Positions 37,735-46,801 of a DNA stretch of 57,264 nt are shown here, one piece after another (position 1 is the first letter of the stretch; the number at the start of each line of letters is the position of its first letter). The stretch is from assembly GCA_964445305.1 (NCBI GenBank), contig CAYUKK010000213.1, forward strand, positions 1 through 57,264, in the 5' to 3' direction. A program made the translations under genes and the position numbers. Origin of the DNA: an uncultured Eubacteriales bacterium. GTDB taxonomy: Bacteria > Acidobacteriota > Aminicenantia > Aminicenantales > UBA8522. The notes under the pieces were generated by a model. It saw nothing but the letters and a program-made list of their open reading frames with translations. It was not told the origin of the DNA and ran no database searches.

Positions 37735-39093
37735 TTAGAGTGAAAACTTCGGCAGTGTCCAGGGCTTGCGGTAGGTGCGGCCGACAAGACGCTGAGCTTC
37801 CTCATCGGCGATGATTTGTTCTTTCCGGTTGTCCCAGCCGATGGCTCGCTCGAGCCGATAGGCGATATTGGCCAGGTGGGAGGGGATAAGCGACTTGTGG
37901 CCGATTTCGACATCAGCCCGAGGGTTGCGCCGGGTTTTGAGGCAATCGATAAAATCTTTAACGTGAGCCAGATGAAAATCCTCAGCCACGGGCTGCCGCG
38001 GCCTGGGCATCAGGCGGAAGACCCTTTCGCTCTGCTTGAATTTGTCCGTCTCTGAGTAGACCTCCCAGCCGCCTCGGTCGAGGACGCAAATGCCGTTTTG
38101 GCCGTGGAATTCAACGCCGTGCTCCCTCTGCCACGGTCCGACGCCGCAGCCAATCATGTGCTCCCAAACCATCGAGAAGCTCGAAAACCGGATGAGGGCC
38201 TGCTGGGTGTCGGGCGTTTCACGGATGTCTTCGGGGAAACCGTATTTTCCGCCCGTAGAAACGGCGGTCAGAGGCTCTTCCTTCATGGCCCACATGACGA
38301 CATCAACCATGTGGGCACCCCAGTCCGTGGCCAGGCCGCCTGAATAGTCCCAGAACCAGCGGAAGTTATGATGGAAGCGCATGGGGTTGAAGGGCCGCTG
38401 GGGCGCCGGGCCGAGCCAGAGGTCGTAATCCACATGAGGGGGAGGGGCCTCATCGGGTGGGCAGCCGATGCTTCCTTTCCAGTCAAGGTAAGCCCAGGCT
38501 CGGACGAGGCGAATTCGGCCCAGCTCGCCGGACTGGATGAAGGCGACGGCGTTCTGGAAATGCTTGGCGCTCCGCTGCTGGGTGCCAACCTGGACGATCC
38601 GCTTGTACTTGCGGGCGGCACTGACCATGGCGCGGCCTTCTTCGATGGTCGTTGCCAGGGGCTTTTCAACATAAACGTCCTTGCCTGCCTGGCAGGCTTG
38701 GATGGTGGGCAGCGCATGCCAATGGTCGGGTGTGGCCACAATCACGGCCTGGATGTCCTGGCGGTCGATAATCTGGCGGAAGTCCTTATATCCCTCGGGC
38801 TTCTTCTGCCTTGCCTCTTCGACAATAGCAATGCCTTCTGCCAGATGCTTCTCATCGACGTCAGCAATGGCCAGGCATTCCACCTCGGGAAACGAAAGGA
38901 AAGCGCTCAGGTTCGCTTTTCCCTGGCCGCCACAGCCGATGAGGGCAACGGCGATCTTATCATTCGGGCTAACCTTTGGCGGGAGCGTTGGCCGGGCTGG
39001 AGGTCCGGCCCGAAAGCCAGCCAGGAACATCGCGCTACCAGCGATGGCCTTGGGCGTTTCTTCTAAGAATTCTCGCCTCGGTATTTTCTTCAT
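37735..39093 (-). CDS. Tat-signal Gfo/Idh/MocA-family oxidoreductase
   Basis: 452 aa. PRREFLE followed by a hydrophobic stretch forms the Tat signal. The Rossmann region is IAVALIGCGGQGKANL, followed by the EKP motif YVEKPLA. Confidence 0.85.
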   Translation of the reverse strand: MKKIPRREFLEETPKAIAGSAMFLAGFRAGPPARPTLPPKVSPNDKIAVALIGCGGQGKANLSAFLSFPEVECLAIADVDEKHLAEGIAIVEEARQKKPEGYKDFRQIIDRQDIQAVIVATPDHWHALPTIQACQAGKDVYVEKPLATTIEEGRAMVSAARKYKRIVQVGTQQRSAKHFQNAVAFIQSGELGRIRLVRAWAYLDWKGSIGCPPDEAPPPHVDYDLWLGPAPQRPFNPMRFHHNFRWFWDYSGGLATDWGAHMVDVVMWAMKEEPLTAVSTGGKYGFPEDIRETPDTQQALIRFSSFSMVWEHMIGCGVGPWQREHGVEFHGQNGICVLDRGGWEVYSETDKFKQSERVFRLMPRPRQPVAEDFHLAHVKDFIDCLKTRRNPRADVEIGHKSLIPSHLANIAYRLERAIGWDNRKEQIIADEEAQRLVGRTYRKPWTLPKFSL

Positions 39094-39133
39094 TTTTCTC
39101 CTCCATAGAAAATCTTGATCCCGGAGTTAGGTT

Positions 39134-40477
39134 TCATATTTTGACGAGTTCTTCGATGCTGAAAGGCCGCCTCTGTTCGATGCTCCGTCGAGCGGCGATG
39201 CCGACGAGTGCGGCCAGTGCTCCGTCACGGCTGCCAGCTCTCTGCTTCAAGGGGTCTTCCAGTCTCTTCTTGAAGATATGATCTTGCATGGCCTTATCCG
39301 CACCCCAGTGGCTTTCGCCTTCAGGCCTGAGCGTGAAAGTTCGACTGTCTTTGAAACTCCGCGTTATCCGGAACTCGGCCAGGTCTTCAACCTTCCATGG
39401 CTGAGCATGGTAGACCCGGACATCCAGCCTTCCCTTCGTCCCGTTGAAGGCGACGGCCCATCCTTCGTAAGGCAAGAAAGCGTTGAGGGAATAGCTCATA
39501 GCGATATCGTTGTGGTAGAGGACTTGAACGTTCATCGTGTCCCAGATGTTGATTTTTTCCCGGAAAACGCAGGCATCCCGGATGTAGCCATCCTCCGACT
39601 CGGCGCGGACATAGAGGTTCATCAGGTGTTCGTCCGTCGTAATATCCCAGAAGAACGGGCACCCGGTTTTGTGCGGACAGGTCATGCAGCGCTCGCCGCG
39701 AAACCCGCCATTGAACCCGTAAACGCGAAGGTCACCGTAGGCGTTGACCTCTATGGGTTCCGCTTCGAGCCACCAGTTCATTAAATCAAAATGGTGGGTG
39801 GCTTTGTGGACAAGGAGAGAGCCGGAGTTTTGCTTGAAAGCATGCCAGCGACGAAAATAGGAAGCACCGTGGTCAATGTTGAGATAATAGTGGAAATCGA
39901 CAGATACAACCTCGCCAATCTCTCCCGACTTGAGGATTTCCTTGATTTTAACGGCATCTGGACCATACCGGTAGTTGAAGGTCACGAGCAGGGTCTTGCC
40001 CGTTCTTTTTTCGGCGTCGAGAATCTCCTGGATCATCCGCTCATCGGTGGCCATGGGCTTCTCGGTGATGGCGTTGCACCCCAGCTCCATGGCCCGGCAG
40101 ATGTACTTGGCATGATAGCAATCCGTCGTCGTGACGATGACCGCATCGGGCTTGGTTTCCCTAATCATTCGGTCAAAATCCGTGAAAGTGGGGCATGTCG
40201 CTCCCATATAGCTTTTGGCATAGGCGAGCCTCTTCGGATTGATGTCGCAAAGTCCGACCATTTCGATAGCGTCTCCGTACTCGGCAAGGAGCGTCTTGCC
40301 CCAGAGAGAGCTTCCCCGGATTCCGGTGCCAACGAGAGCGAGGCGGAGCTTCCTTGGTTGGCCTGAGGCGAAAGAACTCAGAGGAGTAGCGAGGGGTAAG
40401 CTGGCCGCGCCCACAGCCATGATGAGGGCAGAACCGAGAAAATCACGGCGGCTGAGGGAATTTTCCTTTTTGGCCAT
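39134..40477 (-). CDS. Tat-signal Gfo/Idh/MocA-family oxidoreductase (second paralog)
   Basis: 447 aa from the ATG at 40477, which has GGGAGG 6 nt upstream. SRRDFLGSALIMAVGAA is the Tat motif. LRLALVGTGIRG is the Rossmann region, followed by the motif ITEKPMA. Confidence 0.85.
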   Translation of the reverse strand: MAKKENSLSRRDFLGSALIMAVGAASLPLATPLSSFASGQPRKLRLALVGTGIRGSSLWGKTLLAEYGDAIEMVGLCDINPKRLAYAKSYMGATCPTFTDFDRMIRETKPDAVIVTTTDCYHAKYICRAMELGCNAITEKPMATDERMIQEILDAEKRTGKTLLVTFNYRYGPDAVKIKEILKSGEIGEVVSVDFHYYLNIDHGASYFRRWHAFKQNSGSLLVHKATHHFDLMNWWLEAEPIEVNAYGDLRVYGFNGGFRGERCMTCPHKTGCPFFWDITTDEHLMNLYVRAESEDGYIRDACVFREKINIWDTMNVQVLYHNDIAMSYSLNAFLPYEGWAVAFNGTKGRLDVRVYHAQPWKVEDLAEFRITRSFKDSRTFTLRPEGESHWGADKAMQDHIFKKRLEDPLKQRAGSRDGALAALVGIAARRSIEQRRPFSIEELVKI

Positions 40478-40563
40478 CCTGGACCTCCCTTGGAGTCTTG
40501 AAATCAAACCATGTCTATCACAGGCTTGCCGAGGATGTCAAAAACCGAGTCCCTGAGGCTTCT

Positions 40564-40592
40564 TTGACAACTGGATTTGCCTGTGCTAATTG
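40564..40592 (+). promoter_or_regulatory. Putative sigma70-type promoter of the divergent hydrolase gene
   Basis: TTGACA (40564-40569), a 17-nt spacer, then TAATTG (40587-40592). GGAGG lies 7 nt before the ATG at 40628. Confidence 0.4.
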
Positions 40593-40627
40593 TCATCGCC
40601 GAAGAATGGCGGAAGACGGAGGCGGTC

Positions 40628-41824
40628 ATGAAAAAAGGAATGATGATACCCATCCTTCTGGCGATTGTGCTTGGCTTGGGCTCGGGCTTCCAGGAAGCGA
40701 AAAAAGAAGAGGCTGAATTATGTCAGGGCCACTATGTGAGCGAGGCGGCGGCTCGCCATCAATTGGCCAAATTCGCTAAGCAATTTTCGACGCTCCAAGA
40801 GTGGAAAAAGCGGGCTGATATTATCCGCCAGGGCATATGGCGTGGAGCAGGGTTGATACCTCCTCCACCCAAGTGCCCTCTGAACTCCATTATCCATAGC
40901 GAGCGCTCGTACCAGGGGTATACTGTTTCCAACGTCGCCTTTGAGAGCTTGCCCGGTTTTTTTGTTACCGGAAATCTCTACCGTCCTCAGGACAGCCCGG
41001 GACCGTTCCCGGCGGTCCTCTGTCCTCACGGGCATTTCACCAACCCGGGAAAAGGTGGGAGGTTTCGGCCTGACCATCAAATCCGAAGCGCCGTCCTGGC
41101 TTTGATGGGCGCCGTTGTTTTGAGTTATGACATGGTGGGCTGGGGCGATTCAACTCAAACGACCCACGATCATCCTCAAGTCCTCGCCCTCCAGCTCTGG
41201 AACAGCATCCGGGCGGTGGATTTTCTTTTGTCCCTTGGAAATGTGGACCCGGCGCGAATCGCCGTCACGGGCGCTTCGGGCGGTGGAACACAATCGTTCC
41301 TTCTCGCGGCCGTGGATGAGCGGGTCAGGGTCTCGGTGCCAGTGGTTATGGTTTCAGCCCATTTTTTCGGTGGCTGCAATTGCGAAAGCGGCCTTCCCAT
41401 CCACCGGAGTGCTTCTCATGAGACCAATAATGCCGAGATAGCGGCCTTAGCTGCGCCCCGACCTCAACTCATCATTTCTTGCGGCGCTGACTGGACAAAA
41501 AACGTTCCTGAAGTTGAGTTTCCTTATCTGAGGAGAATCTACAAGCTCTACGGGGCAGAGGAGATGGTCGAGAATGTTCATCTGGCGGGGGAGGAGCATG
41601 ATTATGGGCCCTCCAAGCGGGCAGCCATGTATCGATTCATGGCCAAGCATCTGGGCCTTTCGCTGGCGAGGGTAGCTGACCCCAATCGTTTTGAGGGCAT
41701 AGATGAAAGCGGGGCTGTGGTGGAGAAGGAGGAGCTCATGCGGGTTTTTGATGAGGCGCATCAGCGTCCCTCCCATGCTCTGGCGAGCGACGAAGCCATT
41801 ACTGCCGCTCTGTTTCGGAGGTAA
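40628..41824 (+). CDS. Secreted alpha/beta hydrolase (acetyl-xylan-esterase / dienelactone-hydrolase-like)
   Basis: 398 aa from the ATG at 40628. The signal peptide is MKKGMMIPILLAIVLGLGSG. The nucleophile elbow is VTGASGGGTQ, and the C-terminus carries GEEHDYG (His). Confidence 0.7.
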   Translation: MKKGMMIPILLAIVLGLGSGFQEAKKEEAELCQGHYVSEAAARHQLAKFAKQFSTLQEWKKRADIIRQGIWRGAGLIPPPPKCPLNSIIHSERSYQGYTVSNVAFESLPGFFVTGNLYRPQDSPGPFPAVLCPHGHFTNPGKGGRFRPDHQIRSAVLALMGAVVLSYDMVGWGDSTQTTHDHPQVLALQLWNSIRAVDFLLSLGNVDPARIAVTGASGGGTQSFLLAAVDERVRVSVPVVMVSAHFFGGCNCESGLPIHRSASHETNNAEIAALAAPRPQLIISCGADWTKNVPEVEFPYLRRIYKLYGAEEMVENVHLAGEEHDYGPSKRAAMYRFMAKHLGLSLARVADPNRFEGIDESGAVVEKEELMRVFDEAHQRPSHALASDEAITAALFRR

Positions 41825-41948
41825 TGAGAAAATCTCCCCTCAGAATCAAGGCGCAAAGAAACGCCGTCAATGAATCAGACGCATGCTATGAGGGTCAGGC
41901 GCCCGGATTTGGATAAGACCGGGAGCACCTCCCTTCTTGCACCATTTC

Positions 41949-42089
41949 CTACTCACCCTCGACGGAAAGAGCTTTTTCGGCCCGCCAGCTCACGGCGGAA
42001 GTAAGGAAAATCAAGAAAGCGAGGTCGATGATAAAGTTCGTCGCCCATAGCCTCATGCTCAACCGTTTTTTTGGTGGAAATTCTTTCAT
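41949..42089 (-). CDS. Hypothetical small membrane protein (46 aa)
   Basis: This ORF is below the track cut-off. It translates to MKEFPPKKRLSMRLWATNFIIDLAFLIFLTSAVSWRAEKALSVEGE followed by TAG, with one clear transmembrane helix. It begins 10 nt after the acpS stop on the same strand, and the Shine-Dalgarno sequence is weak. Confidence 0.3.
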   Translation of the reverse strand: MKEFPPKKRLSMRLWATNFIIDLAFLIFLTSAVSWRAEKALSVEGE

Positions 42090-42098
42090 AACCCCGGC

Positions 42099-42446
42099 TT
42101 AGGCTTCGAGGATGACAACGGCCACGGCGCATTCAGCCAGGTGGGCGACGGAGACATGGGCTCGCTTGAACACCTGGCGTCCCTTCCCCTTGAGCTTCAG
42201 GGTTGGCTTTCCCGATGTCAGGTTAACGAGCTCAACTTCCTTCCAGGGTATCCGTCTGCCGAGAGCCTTGAAAAACGCTTCCTTGGCGGCGAAGCGTGCA
42301 GCAAAGTGCTGGAACTTGTTCGCCTTTTTCGAACAATAGGCGATTTCGCCGGGACTGAAAATCCTTTCCAAGAAGCGCGGGCTTCTCAGGCCAAGTTTCT
42401 CGACTCTCTCGACTTCGATGATATCAACCCCGATTCCCTTGATCAT
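42099..42446 (-). CDS. acpS: Holo-[acyl-carrier-protein] synthase
   Basis: 115 aa. MIKGIGVDIIEVERV and FAAKEAFFKA are the AcpS motifs. Confidence 0.92.
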   Translation of the reverse strand: MIKGIGVDIIEVERVEKLGLRSPRFLERIFSPGEIAYCSKKANKFQHFAARFAAKEAFFKALGRRIPWKEVELVNLTSGKPTLKLKGKGRQVFKRAHVSVAHLAECAVAVVILEA

Positions 42447-44226
42447 CCAGTGCCTCCTTGATTTTTCGGGCGGCTTTCTTTCCGATAAGGTTAGAAAGCT
42501 CGTCGAGGGAAGCGCGTCCTATCTCTTCAACGCTCCCGAACCTTCTCCATAAGGCTTTTTTCCGCTTCTCGCCTATCCCCTCAATGGCGTCGAGTATCGA
42601 AGCGAAGCTTCTCTTTTCCCGCCGCTGTCTGTGGAAGGTGACGGCAAAGCGATGGGCCTCGTCGCGGATGTGCTGGAGGAGTTTGAGCGCCGGAGAAGTG
42701 CGGTCAAGCCGCAGTCCCTCACTTTTCCCCTGCCTGAAGACTATCTCTTCTTTCTTGGCCAGGGATACGACAGGAAGGCCATCGATACCGAGCTCGCCGA
42801 GCGCGCTTTCGGCGGCCCGGAGCTGGCCCTTCCCCCCGTCGACGAGGACGAGGTCGGGCAATCGCTTTTTCTCCTCAAGAGTTCGTCGGAACCGACGCCG
42901 GATGATTTCTCTGAGGCTGGCTACATCGTCGGGTCCCTGCGGCGTCACAACCTTAAACTTCCGGTAATCGCTTTTCTTGGGGCGGCCGTTTTCGAAGACG
43001 ACAACCGCCCCGACGGATTCTTCGCCCCCCGTTGTCGAGATGTCGAACCCCTCGATCGTCTTAGGCGGGGAGGGCAAATCCAGGCTATCGGCCAGATCCT
43101 CGAGAGCCGATTCCTCAGGGCTCTTTTTCTTGAGCAAGAATTCTGCATTCCGGACAGCCAGGTCGACGAGCTTTTTTTCCCAGCCTCGCCGCGGAACGAT
43201 GAGCCTCACCTTTTCTCCCCTTTTTCGAGAAAGCCATTCCTCCAGCTCCTTTTTGACTCTGGGCGGAGCGGGGAGGAGGATTCGCCCCGGGATATCCGCG
43301 CGTTCCCCGTAGAGGAGTTTTATTCCCTCGGTGAGGGCCTCAGAATCGCCAGCCTCCTTGTCCGTACTTGCCTCGACCAAGAAAACCCTCTCTACTTTCT
43401 CCCTGACCTTGCCCTTCCGCATCAAGAAAAGATAAACGGAAACGCGTCTTTCTTCTCTGGCCATCCCCGCGATATCAGCGTCTTCAAGAGCAACCGAAAT
43501 GAGCTTGGGTTTTTCGCGAAGCTGCTCAACGGTTCGGATGAGGTCGCGCCAGTGAGCGGCTTTTTCATACTCTAAGTTCTCGGCGGCCTGATCCATCAGC
43601 GCTTTCAGGTTCTTGAGGAGCTCGTCTGTTTTTCCTTCGAGAAAGAGAAGGGCATTGGCTACGTTCTGACGGTAGGCATCTTCGCAGATGAGCTTGACGC
43701 AAGGCGCCGAGCAGAGCTTGAGGTCGTGTTCCAGACATGGCCGCGGCCGCCGGCCGGGGACCTTTTCTTCACAGCCGCGAAGGCCAAATTGCCTGTTGAG
43801 GAGATGGATGGTTTTTCTGGCCTGAGCAGCGGGGCTAAAGGGACCAAAATACCTGGCTCCATCGTCTTCCACTTTTCTTGTCAGGTAGACACCGGGGAAT
43901 TGGTCCTGGACCGTCAGCTTGAGATAGGGGAAACTCTTGTCGTCCTTGAGCCTGAGGTTGAATTTTGGCTGGTATCTCTGGACAAAATTGTTCTCCAGAA
44001 AAGCCGCTTCTCGCTCGGAGTCGGTAAGGACAAAGTCGATATCTTCGGCCTCAGCGGCGATGGCCGCGACCTTCCTGTCGGGAGTTGGCTGGAAATAGGA
44101 CCTGACGCGCTCTTTGAGGGAACGGGCTTTGCCGACATAGAGGACTTCATTCTTGGCATTCTTGAAGAGATAGACGCCAGGCTTATCGGGCAGGAGCGCG
44201 AGCTTGGCCTTGAATTCTTCCTTCAT
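42424..44226 (-). CDS. uvrC: Excinuclease ABC subunit C
   Basis: 600 aa. The GIY-YIG motif is PGVYLFKNAKNEVLYVGKA, followed by a UVR domain and a C-terminal (HhH)2 domain. Confidence 0.96.
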   Translation of the reverse strand: MKEEFKAKLALLPDKPGVYLFKNAKNEVLYVGKARSLKERVRSYFQPTPDRKVAAIAAEAEDIDFVLTDSEREAAFLENNFVQRYQPKFNLRLKDDKSFPYLKLTVQDQFPGVYLTRKVEDDGARYFGPFSPAAQARKTIHLLNRQFGLRGCEEKVPGRRPRPCLEHDLKLCSAPCVKLICEDAYRQNVANALLFLEGKTDELLKNLKALMDQAAENLEYEKAAHWRDLIRTVEQLREKPKLISVALEDADIAGMAREERRVSVYLFLMRKGKVREKVERVFLVEASTDKEAGDSEALTEGIKLLYGERADIPGRILLPAPPRVKKELEEWLSRKRGEKVRLIVPRRGWEKKLVDLAVRNAEFLLKKKSPEESALEDLADSLDLPSPPKTIEGFDISTTGGEESVGAVVVFENGRPKKSDYRKFKVVTPQGPDDVASLREIIRRRFRRTLEEKKRLPDLVLVDGGKGQLRAAESALGELGIDGLPVVSLAKKEEIVFRQGKSEGLRLDRTSPALKLLQHIRDEAHRFAVTFHRQRREKRSFASILDAIEGIGEKRKKALWRRFGSVEEIGRASLDELSNLIGKKAARKIKEALDDQGNRG

Positions 44227-46220
44227 CAGAGTCCGAGTTCAAGCTCCCTTTTCTTGAGCTTGGCCAGTTCATCGCGGAGCCGCGCTGCTTTCTCGAACTC
44301 GAGGTTGCGGGCTGCCTCTTTCATCATCTTTTCCAGCTCGCTTAGGCGCTCCTGGCGTTTCTTGGCCGAAAGGTAGATATCTTTCTCTTCGGCAAGGCGG
44401 GTGTAATCCAGGTAGTCCCTCTCGTAGACGCTGGCCAGGACTTCGTCGATGCGCTTCTGGATGGATTGGGGCGTGATGTTGTGTCGGCGGTTATAGTCCT
44501 GCTGGAGCTGGCGCCGCCGGTTCGTCTCGGCTATGGCTGCGGCCATGGATTCCGTGACCCTATCGGCATAAAGGATGGCTTTGCCAGCCACATTCCGGGC
44601 AGCCCGGCCAAACGTCTGGATAAGGGACGTCGAGGAGCGGAGGAAGCCTTCCTTGTCGGCGTCGAGGATAGCCACGAGCGAGACTTCGGGAAGGTCCAGC
44701 CCCTCGCGGAGGAGGTTGATACCGATGAGAGCGTCGAACTTGCCCTTCCTTAAATCGCGAAGAATTTCGACTCGTTCGAGGGTGTCGATGTCGGAGTGGA
44801 GATAGCGGACGCGCAGCCCCAGCTCGTGGTAATAGCGGGTCAGGTCTTCGGCCATCCTCTTGGTTAAGGTAGTGACGAGGGTTCGCTCCTTCCTCTGAGC
44901 TCGGCTCAGGATTTCTCCCATCAAGTCATCGACTTGACCTCTAACCGGTCGGACTTCGACCTCCGGGTCGATAAGCCCGGTCGGACGGATAACCTGCTCG
45001 ACCACTCTTCCTTTGACCAAATCCAGCTCGTAGGGACCCGGGGTAGCGGAGACATAGAGAGTTTGGCGAGTGCGCTCGACGAATTCCTCAAAGTTGAGAG
45101 GCCGGTTATCCAGGGCTGAGGGAAGACGGAAGCCGTGCTCGACGAGAGTCAGCTTGCGGGAGCGATCGCCATGGTACATGCCCCCTATCTGGGGGATGGT
45201 GACGTGGGATTCGTCGATAATGGTTAGATAATCGTCGGGAAAGTAGTCGAGAAGAGTATAAGGGGGCTCGCCGGGCTGACGCTGGCTCAAATAGAGAGAA
45301 TAGTTTTCAATGCCGGGGCAGTAGCCAAATTCGCGGAGCATTTCCAGGTCAAAAAGAGTCCTTTCTTCGATCCTCTCGGCTTCGATGATTTTTCCTCTAT
45401 CACGGAAAAACTTTATTCTTTCCTCGAGCTCTTTTTCAATTCCCGCAATGGCCTGGGCCAGAATATCCCGGGGCGTGGAAAAGAAGGTCCGCGGATGGAT
45501 GATGATTTCGTCGAAGGAGTCGAGGATTTTCCCGAGCAGGGGGTCGATCGCCGAAAGCCGGGATACGACCCCATCCTCGAGCTCGATGCGATAGGCAAAA
45601 TCTTCGTAGGCCGGAAAAACGTCGATAGTATCCCCGCGGAGCCGAAAGGAGCCGCGTTTGAAATCGTCCTCCTGCCGCTCGTACTGGAGGCTGACCAGGT
45701 TCTCCTGGATTCTTTTCCGGCTCATCGCCTGCCCCCTTGCCAATTCGAAGCTCATCGAATAATAGGTTTCCGGGGCGCCGATGCCGTAGATGCATGAGAC
45801 CGAGGCGACGATGATGACGTCGCGCCTCCCGAAAAGGGAGTTGGTGGCGCAGAGCCGCATCCTGTCGATTTCGTCGTTGATCGTCGCTTCTTTGGCGATG
45901 TAGGTATTCCTGGCCGGGATATAGGCTTCAGGCTGGTAGTAATCGTAATAACTCACAAAATACTCGACTGCATTCTTCGGAAAGAAGCGCCGGAATTCCT
46001 GGTAGAGCTGAGCGGCCAGGGTTTTATTGTGAGAGATAACCAGAACGGGCTTTTGGACATTCTGGATGATGTTGGCCATCGTGAAGGTCTTGCCCGAGCC
46101 CGTAACACCCATGAGAACGTGGTGGGGACGACCGCTGAGGATGCTTTCGGTGAGCTCGGCGATGGCCCTGACTTGGTCTCCCTTGGGCTCGAATTCGGAA
46201 TGGAGCTCAAATCGTCTCAT
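44226..46220 (-). CDS. uvrB: Excinuclease ABC subunit B
   Basis: 664 aa. It has GVTGSGKT (Walker A), a DESH box and the C-terminal UVR motif [13 protein letters not shown]. Its stop shares 1 nt with the uvrC start (TGATG). Confidence 0.97.
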   Translation of the reverse strand: MRRFELHSEFEPKGDQVRAIAELTESILSGRPHHVLMGVTGSGKTFTMANIIQNVQKPVLVISHNKTLAAQLYQEFRRFFPKNAVEYFVSYYDYYQPEAYIPARNTYIAKEATINDEIDRMRLCATNSLFGRRDVIIVASVSCIYGIGAPETYYSMSFELARGQAMSRKRIQENLVSLQYERQEDDFKRGSFRLRGDTIDVFPAYEDFAYRIELEDGVVSRLSAIDPLLGKILDSFDEIIIHPRTFFSTPRDILAQAIAGIEKELEERIKFFRDRGKIIEAERIEERTLFDLEMLREFGYCPGIENYSLYLSQRQPGEPPYTLLDYFPDDYLTIIDESHVTIPQIGGMYHGDRSRKLTLVEHGFRLPSALDNRPLNFEEFVERTRQTLYVSATPGPYELDLVKGRVVEQVIRPTGLIDPEVEVRPVRGQVDDLMGEILSRAQRKERTLVTTLTKRMAEDLTRYYHELGLRVRYLHSDIDTLERVEILRDLRKGKFDALIGINLLREGLDLPEVSLVAILDADKEGFLRSSTSLIQTFGRAARNVAGKAILYADRVTESMAAAIAETNRRRQLQQDYNRRHNITPQSIQKRIDEVLASVYERDYLDYTRLAEEKDIYLSAKKRQERLSELEKMMKEAARNLEFEKAARLRDELAKLKKRELELGL

Positions 46221-46286
46221 CAGGCTTATTATAGCAGATAAGATGGGGACTGTGGTCTGGCGCGGCCACGACCGCGAAGACGTAGG

Positions 46287-46652
46287 CTATGCCTTGTCCG
46301 TGATCTTGATGACGCCCTTGAACTGAGCTCCATCTTCAATGGAAATGACCGAAGCTGAGATGTTTCCATTCATCCGGCCCGTTCTCTCGATGGTCACCCG
46401 GCCTGAGGCTTTGATATCGCCGATGATTTCGCCACGGACGCTCATATTTTTAGCAAGAACATCGGCCTCCACTCGACCAGGCTCATTGACCAGAACATCA
46501 TTGGCGGGGAGCTCAATTTTTCCTCGAACCAGTCCTTCAATAACGAGGTCCTCCTGGCCTTTGATTTCGCCCTCGACCACAAGAGCCGGCCCGATAAAAG
46601 CTCTTTTTTGTGGTCGGGATAGCGCTGCTTCCTTTTTATCCGGAGATGACAT
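46287..46652 (-). CDS. Bactofilin-family cytoskeletal protein
   Basis: 121 aa. It shows the repeating beta-helix pattern IEGLVRGKIELPANDVLV...VRGEIIGDIKASGRVTI... Confidence 0.85.
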   Translation of the reverse strand: MSSPDKKEAALSRPQKRAFIGPALVVEGEIKGQEDLVIEGLVRGKIELPANDVLVNEPGRVEADVLAKNMSVRGEIIGDIKASGRVTIERTGRMNGNISASVISIEDGAQFKGVIKITDKA

Positions 46653-46733
46653 CGACCATGAACCTCACGGAGAGACAGGGCCGATTATAATAGCCGTGGC
46701 TCCGGCTTGTCAATTTTCCGCATTCTATTTGGC

Positions 46734-46762
46734 TTGACCAGGCCTTTCTATTCCACTAAACT
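46734..46762 (+). promoter_or_regulatory. Putative sigma70-type promoter upstream of the radical SAM maturase
   Basis: TTGACC (46734-46739), a 17-nt spacer, then TAAACT (46757-46762). Confidence 0.3.
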
Positions 46763-46801
46763 CGTGGAGTAAATGGAGATAATGGCTACGTCCGCTCGTT
46801 G

